A model generated the notes under the pieces. The model saw only the letters and a program-made list of their open reading frames with translations. It made no database searches and had not been told where the DNA came from. A stretch of 64,000 bases of DNA from a virus. Of the stretch, positions 11,301 through 19,017 are shown in pieces. A program made the position numbers and the translations under genes. The stretch lies in IMG/VR virus record IMGVR_UViG_3300037963_003719, positions 32,001 through 96,000 of that record. One strand, 5' to 3'. Within the stretch, counting starts at the first letter, position 1. Each line of letters starts with the position of its first letter.

Positions 11301-12804
11301 ATCTGGAACCGTAACTGCAACTGGTGGTACTGCACAATTCCAATTTGAAAGAAAAGTTAGCAATCCATATACACTCCTTACTGTTGAAATTACCTCAGGT
11401 AATCTGTCCACTTCTATTAAGAAGATTGGTATTCTTGATGCTCCTGCAGAACTTTATCCTGTAACTGATTTTGCACAATCTTCAGATGAAACTTATAGTT
11501 TAAGTAAGGCAAGATTAGGATTCACTGCTGGTGGTGATCCATTCTTAGAACTTGGTAACAATACTCAGACAACTTCTCCAAAAATTGAATTTAAGTCATC
11601 AGGTAACGGTGTATTTGATGCTAAGATTTCTATTACTGGTGGTTCCTCAACAGCAGGAACTGGTGACATGGACTTTGATGTTAACACTGCATCAATCAAT
11701 GGTAACATCATTTGGCACGCAGGTAACCTTGGAGTTTCTACTGGTATTGGAAACAGTAACATATATGATACAAACTCTAATGGTGATGCTGTATTACGTA
11801 CAGCGAGTGGTGACTTTGCATCTAGATTCATCTATGCAACAGGTATTCCTGGTGGAGATGAGGTAGGATTTAAAGGAACTGCAAGTGGTAACCTTGCACT
11901 GTCTGGTGGCACCATGACAGGTAACATCACCTTTAACCAAGATGAAGGTGGTATCGTATTCTCAAGAAATACTGACGGTGCTTCTATTCTCTTCTTCAAT
12001 GATTCTGATTCTGATACAAACTCTAGATTAGAGTTCAACATTAATGATAATGGCAATGAGTTCTTCCGTTGGACTGGAACTCAAGGTGGAACTGTTAGAG
12101 AGTTTATGAGGTTGACTCCAGCAACTTCTGATTACAATGGTAGATTGAATTTCCGTGGCATCGCTACAATTGAAGGAAATCATACAGGTGGAGATCCATA
12201 TGCTCAGTTAGTTGTTAAAGGTAGAGGAACTGGTGCTACTTCTTACACTGGTATCTTCATTGACAATCCTGATGGTAAGCAAGCTCATCTTAGATTTGGT
12301 GAGAATGGAACCGTAAAATGCCAAATCAGATGGCAGAATGGAACAACAGTTGATAATAAACTGAAGGTTTATTCATATCTTATCAATCAGGACTTTATTA
12401 CCTTTGATGCAGCAAATGGTAATATGGGAATCGGAACCACAAATCCAGACACCAATTATAAACTTGATGTTAATGGAGCACTTGCTGCAACTAGTAAGTC
12501 ATTTGTAATCGACCACCCAACTAAAGAAGGTTACAAGTTACGCTATGGTTCACTTGAGGGTCCTGAGCATGGTGTTTATGTTCGTGGTAAGGCAAATGAA
12601 GTTATTGAACTTCCTGATTACTGGACTGAATTGGTTCATGAGGACAGCATTACTGTTCAACTTACACCAATCGGTAATCACAACTCTTGGGTAGAAAAAA
12701 TCGAAGACAATCGCGTATATATAGGTGGTGGGGACTGCTTCTACTTTGTACAAGCAGAACGCAAAGATGTAGACAAAATTGTAGTAGAATACCCAACTAA
12801 GTGA
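2380..12804 (+). CDS. Giant (3474 aa) tail fibre/virion structural protein: beta-helix, BNR-like propeller, four phycobiliprotein-like helical repeats, Gly-rich beta repeats, C-terminal chaperone-like domain
   Basis: Motifs GNDSFDGRS..PVSTIKRA and VVGDNIR; FVAVG..G.I..S.DG..W repeats; GGSGY repeats; GLDADL; C-terminal KSFVIDHPTKEGYKLRYGSLEGPE. TAAATA late promoters upstream. Confidence 0.85.
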   Translation: MALEFNADKQIIKSDQLQINNDTSVRFDIGGAANKKTAIFGTLSADIEKLVRVGINTKEPQFELDVNGQIRTTTSIISDTARINNLDIDTIVNPSLKLKAPILETFTDPDTGEVLFPRSASPAFDDDSNKIATTNFVYNIATNDLGGRIYVSKQIGNDSFDGRSATKPVSTIKRATQLAALTNDKETLIVAGGDYLEDNPISLPDQCSVVGDNIRLCIIRPQNPGKHMFKASNENYVTGITFRDNLNVEGNPAFTWGYAYVFDDKQRFYYPKTLGGQFGRDFELGHKIAAPEEWKLFFDANNGNLELVVGLTVTNATTLGTGVITDVVFNDNTDQAGYVIINEITGDINSVGAIYNYTVNSITYNLNVTSAEQLTPDAQVVKHVTTHTTFGLKSVQHDPINYPDGLIFEVVDPFYHDYEVGQYVNISNLPSTGTFGDLNRYNGRQYVSHRIETNDGFSKKFVVYKDTPTDLAGLGAVNGQYSVTAFGATVVSDDHYVVFSLDNSPKKFDESNKSPNRYLDAVDLIGRNKTPITEEAFRRVKEEYPTLVIPDEAQCKTDMGHIVDAINYDLTWGGNAATKEAADYYYDAGALTHVQNQLKETSYAFAEARDLSIQAMRNQLNTVSTSSTASIQRPTGYTGQYRSVIWDNEKFVAVGDGGAIHTSTDGVLWTAQTTGTTEDLNDIRWNKWAVGERGVPEYVVVGDNGTILWSSNAETWYSVTSGTTNNLEAIAYNGERYVAVGSLGTAVFSNNVKTWSTGTTGTFTLLHDLIYNDDCDKFVAVGGGGVIIVSSDGNTWTEQESGTSRELTAISWSEGRMVVTGADATVIISDDDGLTWETNLINNNSPDNPQSNKDADAADLILANQAIIAEIAVNKMLDNNAGYSIPTGNQACKDDIMAFIGAMAINLEFGNNDEVYDAANLYVTGSHVQGEEDESVEAFNYARDLCISAMRNEAFSAGDLTFASGLTQYIDNTVTTDTSTPLCATQASAITTFFGILTTAIGATGAPGSLSGVTRTPAADEGFTGKANRYWDASDLILENKKLIAAQAVYQYTDANSFTVPTGNQNCVDDVVDILEAIAHDLRHGGNAKTYDAADYYTGTSHVDGEEAETVAIINIARDLAITAMRNTSITLSYLTDSAYIAGLEDQFKLNIVQFTKADITIDGASTARCANVASAITTLTSIVTVAVTNDNLNHATKTVPTGTLTTNDHLGVFHDGNKFWTISEVGSTSYVHSSTDRGRTWKEEYTANAVPGLRTLGFSYDIIVGLGANGRDVVFDGTASEIDSSISNSTPVFQDNTISNTYDSNRSFACDNVASSIFTLWNIVIDRINGRTVPDTEFATSVFNDSNNRFFNVGHSFDDLPIIEVSPYIFNASVISFLGGNGCEIDGAKVATPNVKRPGLPPQGKSMVAAAFTIISFGGTGYNVFNDGYTQLVSVFCIFTQDGALVESGGYASLTNSASNFGTFALRSSGVRDEAYTFHKGIVDNITFNDVGVPVIKVTGLGEAPLEHFIIEPTGFELAPQPGQNPKYFIEETESATPTAPITAEVRANKTMSVRGNFNRYTDAADQLERNARYIAEEAYFSAIAVSSNSFDQNRNKCIRDTEEIIKAWAKDIRFDANDATWDAAKLYTNGTSIQHVAGYEAATKEVIDYATNLAKKAINNLLQIKGSTAQTSDYYVAQWTDEIPYVDNTITHDLSSAGGLYISADCTNVQNAIQTLSDLFDEIIDNPTVNDPLPSTATRTDGFFTINEFNKDKLQDHPIDFVRPSICNSSSHTWEFSGSGNDYNALPQNGGTRGSSETGDFEQVSQLNGRVYASGTDELGDFKIGYFANVENRTGNITFGGTVEISEVSFLKISGADTTIEGFGTEVNLNAIELGGVAPGPSDSILPTQRAVYQYINNQLGIYIGRTYSTTPTPSALVQLDNSGRINIDQLPALRPFNIFTVVDEPARLAFEGPLAGDIVIQTATATFNFTSADIDTATDEFTITGHGLNTSDAVTYNEGSGVVTAPSPLVDGTTYYAIVVDADTIKLANSITDASTNSPINITNAGSGNHIFETQGTPISFILNNDLESQILEFVPDALHSFSNGDITLASPGGGQGQVTNFLEGTVKQVIVNSGGSGYANGDTVTFTAPTGGNAAVGTLVVNGGTVTAVNLSSGGDNYFTAPSTAGGTISITSSGGNGATLTTIIRSRLSINIINSIKTTTSDTVDDTATPTPNTITLANVVNTSGFSADNWIQLTSSTIDASFITSGIINPTRLAAVTAQNPASSLTYLRGDSLFAPAVASLKIGDESPVVLGSNNSTSTYISSLEMEDAGVGYTTGTYTDTNLLGGNGQNLKGTLKISNGVVRSLTITNGGTGYTEEPKVTFKDFFTDPQNPTIITGINARAHISGGQVVKITLLDGGSGLGTNVPTVEITGGNGVDAAATAVVADGAIQYIQITDGGVNYTPTVGNTFFQISPNPPIIGISPTNAATIEAYFATVPKLFNDITIDINRVNGNTPNANSYSTIGVAKFRKSDTGSGVRTGQFIIGADGAIDIDQGQGSGFDADLLDNQDSNFYVECDNFVPGSSPTPGLPSNCLIGTYGIDIDGTSNFAEVATAKDARTSTFQPSNFIAGGHLQWKNNASNPGYANTWEYLQDGGQYHSVLTYRRGGTGSTFAEGATTQLGFTDNNNLFIRNSGANQVNSLTITTGGSGYVDGVYNNVPLGGGDGFGLKANLTVVNGSFTSVELTDKGFGYNSDGSAGSTFNVILPFSFFGTQNTRQITTPAVITATLPIFQNNAGQDIWSSWQKIWHSGNDGKNSGLDADLMNGNNLRWMQKALNLSESEQLMNSKMPRQMADHSFNEEIRITAPDPQYLINAGDVFDIYIEGYNLTQEQIESLDTQTIGALGVGTQLNLYTANDISEGTATLINRKINLDPSNRETGLQYVEQNYEWTANATFQKNDRIVYGHNVYIVSNPSSGGYTTGTVPPVHGSGTVTATGGTAQFQFERKVSNPYTLLTVEITSGNLSTSIKKIGILDAPAELYPVTDFAQSSDETYSLSKARLGFTAGGDPFLELGNNTQTTSPKIEFKSSGNGVFDAKISITGGSSTAGTGDMDFDVNTASINGNIIWHAGNLGVSTGIGNSNIYDTNSNGDAVLRTASGDFASRFIYATGIPGGDEVGFKGTASGNLALSGGTMTGNITFNQDEGGIVFSRNTDGASILFFNDSDSDTNSRLEFNINDNGNEFFRWTGTQGGTVREFMRLTPATSDYNGRLNFRGIATIEGNHTGGDPYAQLVVKGRGTGATSYTGIFIDNPDGKQAHLRFGENGTVKCQIRWQNGTTVDNKLKVYSYLINQDFITFDAANGNMGIGTTNPDTNYKLDVNGALAATSKSFVIDHPTKEGYKLRYGSLEGPEHGVYVRGKANEVIELPDYWTELVHEDSITVQLTPIGNHNSWVEKIEDNRVYIGGGDCFYFVQAERKDVDKIVVEYPTK

Positions 12805-12814
12805 GGAACTAACT

Positions 12815-13042
12815 ATGGAAAAACGTTTTAAATTTACTGGACCAGATGGACAAATTGAATATGATATGGTAGAAACTGACGGCATGGAGGAAGAGATTCA
12901 TGCCGAAAATATTAGAACACACCAGGCACATCCAGATCATGCAGATGTTTGGGTAGAAACTGAAAATGGTGAGTGGGAATTAATTCCACCATTAACTGAT
13001 CATAATTTTGAACAAGATCCTGGAGAAGAGGTAGAGGAATAA
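12815..13042 (+). CDS. Small acidic hypothetical protein (possible fibre assembly factor)
   Basis: GAGG SD upstream; lies directly after the giant fibre gene. Confidence 0.55.
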   Translation: MEKRFKFTGPDGQIEYDMVETDGMEEEIHAENIRTHQAHPDHADVWVETENGEWELIPPLTDHNFEQDPGEEVEE

Positions 13043-13756
13043 ATGCCAATTGCTTGGGGACCAGGAGCAGCATCTGATGGACTAGTTCTATGCTTAGATG
13101 CTGCAAATCCTAGAAGTAATAAAGCACCAGGAACTGGGTGGTACAATGTTGGATCACTTGGTAAGTGGGATTTTGTTTCCAAAAGTCAAGGAAGTCCAAC
13201 ATTAGGAGTAAAGGGTGGTGCTCAGTGTATAGTATTTCCTAACGCAATTGGAACCAGATATCAATCGTCTCCTCCAGGATTTCAAAGTCCTGCAGCAACT
13301 ATGACGATGGAAGCATGGATTTATCCAGAAGCAAATGCTACTGGATCTACTGCATCTAGGATGAATATCTTTAGGGCAAATAGTGGTGGATCTCGTGCTT
13401 ATATGTCATATAATGTGGGTAATAATAGATTAAGTAGTTATTGGTATAATTCTAGTCCTGCTGGTTATCATGAAACGGTTTCTTTCGCCCCAGGCAGAAA
13501 TGTCTGGCAACATTTTGTTGCTGCTTGGGATGGGTCAACACTACGTCAGTATGTAAATTATGAAAACCAAGGCAGTGTTAGTACCAATTCAGCGTCCTCA
13601 ACATTTGGAACTGAAATTCAAATTGGGTATGAACCATGCTGTGGACAAAGACAATTTGTTGGTGGCATTGCAATGATTAGATTATATAATAGAGCATTAT
13701 CAGATGCTGAAGTTTTTAATAATTTTAATTCAACTAAGGGGAGGTTTGGATTCTAA
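13043..13756 (+). CDS. LamG/concanavalin-A-like lectin domain protein
   Basis: DGLVLCLDAANP..TMEAWIYP..WQHFVAAWDG..IAMIRLYNRALSDAEV motifs. Confidence 0.8.
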   Translation: MPIAWGPGAASDGLVLCLDAANPRSNKAPGTGWYNVGSLGKWDFVSKSQGSPTLGVKGGAQCIVFPNAIGTRYQSSPPGFQSPAATMTMEAWIYPEANATGSTASRMNIFRANSGGSRAYMSYNVGNNRLSSYWYNSSPAGYHETVSFAPGRNVWQHFVAAWDGSTLRQYVNYENQGSVSTNSASSTFGTEIQIGYEPCCGQRQFVGGIAMIRLYNRALSDAEVFNNFNSTKGRFGF

Positions 13757-14529
13757 TGTCATCTCATTCTGGTCCCTATATACAAAATGATGGATGCATC
13801 TTACATTTAGATGCAGGAAATCCTGCATCATATCCAGGTAGTGGTAATTCTTGGATTAATATGTCAAGAGATACTGTTGCAGATCCAACACCAGCATCTG
13901 GATTTAATGCCCAGTGTCAATGGAATTCTAACGGGTATTTTCAAATCAATAGCAATATTGATAACCCTCAAGCAAACGCAATTCAAACAAGTACTAATAA
14001 CTCTCACATATATCATTCCGTACCGAGTCAGTACAGAATGAATAATACTACGCAAAAAAGATCTTACGAAGCATGGTTTAGAGTAACAAGTTTATCAGAT
14101 ACTAGAAATGGTCCAGTGTTTAGAACCATGACTGGTACTGGATGTTCTTATGGATGTAATGGTGGTATTGAAATTATTAGTGGAAAAATTAAAGGGGTTC
14201 ATTATAATACTACTGACGGTTATCGTTTAGATGGAAATGTTAATGTTGTAGAAAATACATGGTATCATTGTGTGATGACATTTAATCCAGATGAAAATCC
14301 AAACAAAAGAGTATATATTAATGGAGAGTTGGATGCAACTTTTCAGACAGTTGGATGGGCATATGGATCTGGTGCTGTTTACTATGAGATTGGATTTAAT
14401 CGAAAATCCAATTCACCAAAAACATTCTGCGGTGATATTGCTGTTGTAAAGTGGTATATGGATAAAGCATTAACAGCAGATGAAGTATATGAAAACTGGT
14501 CAGCACTTAAAGGGAGGTTTGGTTACTAA
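13756..14529 (+). CDS. LamG/concanavalin-A-like lectin domain protein (paralog)
   Basis: LHLDAGNPASYPGSG..SYEAWF..WYHCVMTF..YINGELD..ALTADEV motifs; TAATG coupling to the previous gene. Confidence 0.8.
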   Translation: MSSHSGPYIQNDGCILHLDAGNPASYPGSGNSWINMSRDTVADPTPASGFNAQCQWNSNGYFQINSNIDNPQANAIQTSTNNSHIYHSVPSQYRMNNTTQKRSYEAWFRVTSLSDTRNGPVFRTMTGTGCSYGCNGGIEIISGKIKGVHYNTTDGYRLDGNVNVVENTWYHCVMTFNPDENPNKRVYINGELDATFQTVGWAYGSGAVYYEIGFNRKSNSPKTFCGDIAVVKWYMDKALTADEVYENWSALKGRFGY

Positions 14530-15467
14530 TGTCAACAATAATTGGAAGACAAGACATCGGTTTATTCGATAATGGTTCCTTTGAAAGTGGAACTGTAGCT
14601 AATTTTGGTGGTGCTGGAGGATATATCTCAACAGATGATCCTAAAAGAGGAAAGTATCATTGGGAATCAAAATCTAGATCTAGTGCTAACTTTAGTCAAT
14701 ATGTAGAAGTTGACGTTGCTAAAAAATATTTGATGTCAATCTCATGTAAGACACTTGAGAGAAGCACTAGTAATTTATTGGGAAGACATTATATTGGATT
14801 TACTTGTTACGATCAATTCAAACAGTTTATTAGATTAGAGCACTGTGGAGGTGTAGGTAATACAACTCTGTCTAGAGATTTAAATCCTGGTGATAGTAAA
14901 ATGTACATAACCAGTTCTAGTGGTTGGTACACAGGAGCAGACGTAACAAATTACAGAAATTATTTTAGAAACATTGGATTATATCCACCCACCCATCCTT
15001 TGTATAGTGCCCCCCATAGATATACTAGGGTTGGAACTAGAGGTGGTGCAGTAGGTAATTCCAGAATTGAATATAGAGCAGCAGTTCAAACTAATCAAGG
15101 TGATTGGGAATTGACTTTATGCAATTCTGCTGATACCCCAACCACTTGGACTTACAATGAACCTTATCCAACTCCTGCAGGAACTCCTGTACATAGAGGA
15201 GTAGCAGGTGGTACATATAACTATGCATTTGGTAGAAGGCAATATACTGATTCTAATTGGACAACTTACCAATTAACGGTAGAAGGACCAGAAAGAAGAA
15301 ATAGTAGTAGATATTTTAGATATGATACCAAATATGTAAGGTTCATGGTTCTCTGGAATTATGCTTTAGCTTCTGGAGGTGGATCTATGCCATATCCAAG
15401 AGGTGCTTTGGATGATATTATTTTACTGGAACAAAATCCAGAAAGAAATTATAACTTTGTTTACTAA
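14529..15467 (+). CDS. Putative carbohydrate-binding (jelly-roll) fibre accessory protein
   Basis: N-terminal NGSFESG motif; aromatic-rich; coupled to the previous gene by TAATG. Confidence 0.5.
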   Translation: MSTIIGRQDIGLFDNGSFESGTVANFGGAGGYISTDDPKRGKYHWESKSRSSANFSQYVEVDVAKKYLMSISCKTLERSTSNLLGRHYIGFTCYDQFKQFIRLEHCGGVGNTTLSRDLNPGDSKMYITSSSGWYTGADVTNYRNYFRNIGLYPPTHPLYSAPHRYTRVGTRGGAVGNSRIEYRAAVQTNQGDWELTLCNSADTPTTWTYNEPYPTPAGTPVHRGVAGGTYNYAFGRRQYTDSNWTTYQLTVEGPERRNSSRYFRYDTKYVRFMVLWNYALASGGGSMPYPRGALDDIILLEQNPERNYNFVY

Positions 15468-15497
15468 TAAATACTTTTAGGAAAAAGACGCTTTAAG

Positions 15498-18059
15498 ATG
15501 GCAAATTCAGATAAGAATATTTTAATAACTCCTAATAGGAATCAGGCATCTGAACCTGAGATTGCTTTTGCTGGATTTGACAATCAACCTATTAATCTGA
15601 GGGTTTTAAATAATAATACTATATCATTTCAAAGCAGTGCTGGTCAATTATTTTCGGTAAGTTCAAACTTAACTGAAGGCACAATTTTTAGTGCTTCTGA
15701 TGTTTCAGGTATTCCTGGTATTAGTTTAGATGCTGATGGTATTGTTCAGTTAGCACCTTTTAGTGGTAAAGTTGCTGTTGGATTTCCAACTCCTAAAGCA
15801 ACATTAGAAGTTGCAGGTAAAGACCAAGCACCTGGTAGTGCTGCTAATACAGATACCCCAGAACCAACATTTAGAGTTACTAGGTATGATGGTGGTGATG
15901 CACGTTATTGCGTTGACTTCGGTACATATCAAGGTGGTGGATATTCTTGGGTAAGAGCAACTACTAGAAACAATTTACAGGCAGCACATAACCTTGCACT
16001 GCAACCAATTGATACTACAACTGCATCAGTATCAATTGGTCAAGCAACTGCAGATTCTAATACTAGGTTACACGTAAAAACTTACGGCAATGGTGCTAGT
16101 GCAGTTACTGCTAAGTTTGATAGTGGTACTGAGTTTGATGCTACCTCTTCTATTATGATTAGAAATAGATGTAGTTCTTATGGAAGAACTCGTATCTACA
16201 TGTATGGAAGAACTCAACAAAGTAACTCTTCTTTCTCTAATCCAAGAAACGAAATTCTTTGGTATAGAAGTTATTCAGGAACCGCTGGCAGTCCAGGTAC
16301 GGATACCTTTGCATTTAGAGACGGTGTTGAATTAACCAATAATGTTAGATTTATTGGCAACTCTAGTAATAGAGTTAACTTTGCTATTAACCAGAGTAAT
16401 AAAATTTATATTGGTAACGTTAACAACACTCTTCCAAATTTCACTAATGGTGGGGAGAATTGGGGTGGTATTGATGGATCATATCAATCAAGATCTCAAC
16501 TACTTGTTCTTAGAGGACATTTTGCCGATGGTATGTGGGCACCAGGAGTCCTGACAAACTTCTGTACATCTAGAAGTTGGAATACAGGTAGTGGCAGTTC
16601 AACAGGTCACTATGAAGGTAATTTTGGACGAAATGGTGCTGATAGTGAGCAGTCAAGACAATGGTTTGATACTCCAGGTCATGGTAGAGGTATTGTTTGG
16701 AGATGCCTGAATAATGACTCTGGATCCAACTCTGACGGTGGTTGGAACAAATACATGTATGGCGTTAACCCAGAGAAAGCATACAGATCTATTGTTTGGG
16801 TTAGAAGAAATAGTAGTGTTACCAGTGGTACATTCTATCATGGTTGTGATAATGGTACTACATCATATCTAAGTGGTAACAATGCAAACAACCCTTACTT
16901 CAACTGTTGGGGAATTGGTAACCTCGCTCAAGGTGTGTGGTATCTATCTGTTGGATATATTCACGCATATAGTGACAACTCTACTCAAACCTGGGGTGGT
17001 ATTTACGATTCTAGAACTGGTAGAAAAACTAGAAATTATAGTTCTGCAAACGGTAACTGTAACTCCGAGTACAAGTGGAGAGGTACAGGAACTTATAGAC
17101 AGAGACAGAGAGTTTATCTTTACTATTCCACAAACTCTGGTGCTGATCTGGAATTCTGGGGTCCAAGATTTGAAGAAGTCAATGGTGAAGAACCATCAAT
17201 TGGAGCACTGCTTGGCATTAATTTGGTAAGACCTGAATATATGCAAGGTATTCGTATCCAAGGTGTTAATAATGGAACTGCAACTTTCTCAAGACAAAAC
17301 CTTGAGGGTAATGGAATTGGAAGTACTGACGGAGTTGTTTATGTAAGAGACGGATCTAATTCTGACTGGGGATATATTTCTGATAAGCAAAGTTCTGGAT
17401 ATGGAATGTATATCCGAGTAGGTTCTAATGCACCATATGCTCTTGGTGTTCTTGCTAATAACTTAGGTGATTGGAGATTTAGAGTTCATGGAAATGGACG
17501 AATTTACTCTGACCAGTCAACTTCAATTTCAACAGGTGCTGACTATGCTGAATTGTTTGAGTGGCAGGATGGTAACCCAGATAAAGAAGATAGAGTTGGT
17601 CGTACAGTATCTCTTGTTAATGATCAAATTAAATTTACAGAAACTGGAGAAACTCCTATTGGTGTAATTTCTGCTAACCCTGCAGTTGTTGGTGATACTA
17701 GAGATTTCTATTGGGCAGGTAAGTATCAAACTGATCAATGGGGTAGACAGATTATGAATCAAGTACCTGCGTGGAGATGGAAGGGAGATGACGATGATAA
17801 AATTCATGAATATCGCAAGGATGAAGTTCCTGAAGATATTGTCGTACCAGAAGATGCAGAGAGCACTACTTTAGGATACCCTATTCTCAATCCAGATTTT
17901 GATACAAGTACAGAATATGTACCTAGAGATGAAAGATCAGAATGGGGATGTGTTGGACTTGTTGGTAAACTTAGAATTAAAAAAGGTGAAATTGTTGGAG
18001 ATCGTTGGTTGAAGATGAGAGATATTAATGATGATGTTGAGGAGTGGTTGGTAAGATAA
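15498..18059 (+). CDS. Tail fibre protein with C-terminal intramolecular chaperone/autocleavage (peptidase G2-like) domain
   Basis: MANSDKNILITPN start; C-terminal GADYAELFEWQDGNP..YVPRDERSEWGCVGLVGKL; TAAATA upstream. Confidence 0.8.
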   Translation: MANSDKNILITPNRNQASEPEIAFAGFDNQPINLRVLNNNTISFQSSAGQLFSVSSNLTEGTIFSASDVSGIPGISLDADGIVQLAPFSGKVAVGFPTPKATLEVAGKDQAPGSAANTDTPEPTFRVTRYDGGDARYCVDFGTYQGGGYSWVRATTRNNLQAAHNLALQPIDTTTASVSIGQATADSNTRLHVKTYGNGASAVTAKFDSGTEFDATSSIMIRNRCSSYGRTRIYMYGRTQQSNSSFSNPRNEILWYRSYSGTAGSPGTDTFAFRDGVELTNNVRFIGNSSNRVNFAINQSNKIYIGNVNNTLPNFTNGGENWGGIDGSYQSRSQLLVLRGHFADGMWAPGVLTNFCTSRSWNTGSGSSTGHYEGNFGRNGADSEQSRQWFDTPGHGRGIVWRCLNNDSGSNSDGGWNKYMYGVNPEKAYRSIVWVRRNSSVTSGTFYHGCDNGTTSYLSGNNANNPYFNCWGIGNLAQGVWYLSVGYIHAYSDNSTQTWGGIYDSRTGRKTRNYSSANGNCNSEYKWRGTGTYRQRQRVYLYYSTNSGADLEFWGPRFEEVNGEEPSIGALLGINLVRPEYMQGIRIQGVNNGTATFSRQNLEGNGIGSTDGVVYVRDGSNSDWGYISDKQSSGYGMYIRVGSNAPYALGVLANNLGDWRFRVHGNGRIYSDQSTSISTGADYAELFEWQDGNPDKEDRVGRTVSLVNDQIKFTETGETPIGVISANPAVVGDTRDFYWAGKYQTDQWGRQIMNQVPAWRWKGDDDDKIHEYRKDEVPEDIVVPEDAESTTLGYPILNPDFDTSTEYVPRDERSEWGCVGLVGKLRIKKGEIVGDRWLKMRDINDDVEEWLVR

Positions 18060-18069
18060 CCGACCCCCC

Positions 18070-18098
18070 TTGACAATATAAATAATTACGTCTATAAT
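18070..18098 (+). promoter_or_regulatory. Consensus sigma70 promoter (TTGACA-17-TATAAT) with a T4 late promoter TATAAATA nested in the spacer
   Basis: TTGACA 18070-18075, TATAAATA 18077-18084, TATAAT 18093-18098. Confidence 0.85.
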
Positions 18099-18115
18099 TT
18101 ACATTGAGTTGAACT

Positions 18116-18409
18116 ATGTCCATGTCTATTGAAGAAATGATTGAAAGCTTCAAAGAACAACAAAAAGAAGTTGTTGAAGAAGTTCGCAATCTTGAAAACA
18201 AAATTAACGGTAAGAAGGAAGATTACTTTAAACTGCAAGGTGCTATCGAAGCATTGACTATTCAGTTGAATCCTTCTGCTGGACAACCACCTGCTGGACC
18301 TGAGGATCAAACAGGTCAACCTGCAGCACAACCACCTGGCATGGAGATGCCCGATAATATTACGGACATTCCTGGAATTGATGTGATTCCAGCTGCTCCC
18401 CAAGGATGA
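18116..18409 (+). CDS. Hypothetical coiled-coil protein with Pro-rich tail
   Basis: First ORF after the dual promoter; N-terminal heptad pattern. Confidence 0.6.
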   Translation: MSMSIEEMIESFKEQQKEVVEEVRNLENKINGKKEDYFKLQGAIEALTIQLNPSAGQPPAGPEDQTGQPAAQPPGMEMPDNITDIPGIDVIPAAPQG

Positions 18410-18975
18410 GTTTAAACTACATTAGAGAATACTCAATGACCTCCACTGAAATATGTGATGAAATCATTGAGTTATTCAAAAAACATGATAGAGCAGGAAA
18501 TACTAGACCAGGAGAAATTTCCAGAGGAGTAGATAAAAATACTAAAGATAGCACAGATTTAGTTCTTGGTGCTATCTTTGATAAAGATCCATATGCTAAT
18601 GCACTAGCAAATAGGTATATGGAGGTAGTTAAAAAATGCACAATGGAATATTGTGATCATTATAGATTACCAATGAAAGGAGTAAATCCTAAAACTACTC
18701 CCCAAATACAATACTATAAACCAAAAGGTGGATATAAAGAATATCATGCAGACGCTACCTTTATGGGAAATTCTTCTAGGTGTTTAGTTTACATAACATA
18801 TTTAAATGATGTTCCTAATGGTGGAACTACATTTAGAGATTGGAAATATACTACCAGATCACAAAAAGGGAACACTGTAATATTTCCAGCGTTTTTCACT
18901 CACGTCCACAAAGGTCAAATATCTAAAAAACACGAAAAGTATATCATCACTGGATGGTTACATTATACGGATTAG
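18406..18975 (+). CDS. 2OG-Fe(II) oxygenase (prolyl-4-hydroxylase-like)
   Basis: HxD (YHAD)..YLNDV..GGT.F..FPA..TH.H.G..KYIITGW. Confidence 0.9.
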   Translation: MSLNYIREYSMTSTEICDEIIELFKKHDRAGNTRPGEISRGVDKNTKDSTDLVLGAIFDKDPYANALANRYMEVVKKCTMEYCDHYRLPMKGVNPKTTPQIQYYKPKGGYKEYHADATFMGNSSRCLVYITYLNDVPNGGTTFRDWKYTTRSQKGNTVIFPAFFTHVHKGQISKKHEKYIITGWLHYTD

Positions 18976-19007
18976 TCCTCTGCTAAATAAAGTAGAGGAC
19001 TATTTTT
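18973..19007 (+). terminator. Intrinsic terminator with a late promoter TAAATA in its loop
   Basis: Stem TAGTCCTCTGCT / AGTAGAGGACTA followed by TTTTT. Confidence 0.7.
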
Positions 19008-19017
19008 ATGCGTATAC

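Noticed and set aside
2583-12056. Many short alternative-frame ORFs within the giant fibre gene
   Set aside because: Leu/Val/Met-rich frame artefacts of the T-ending codon bias.
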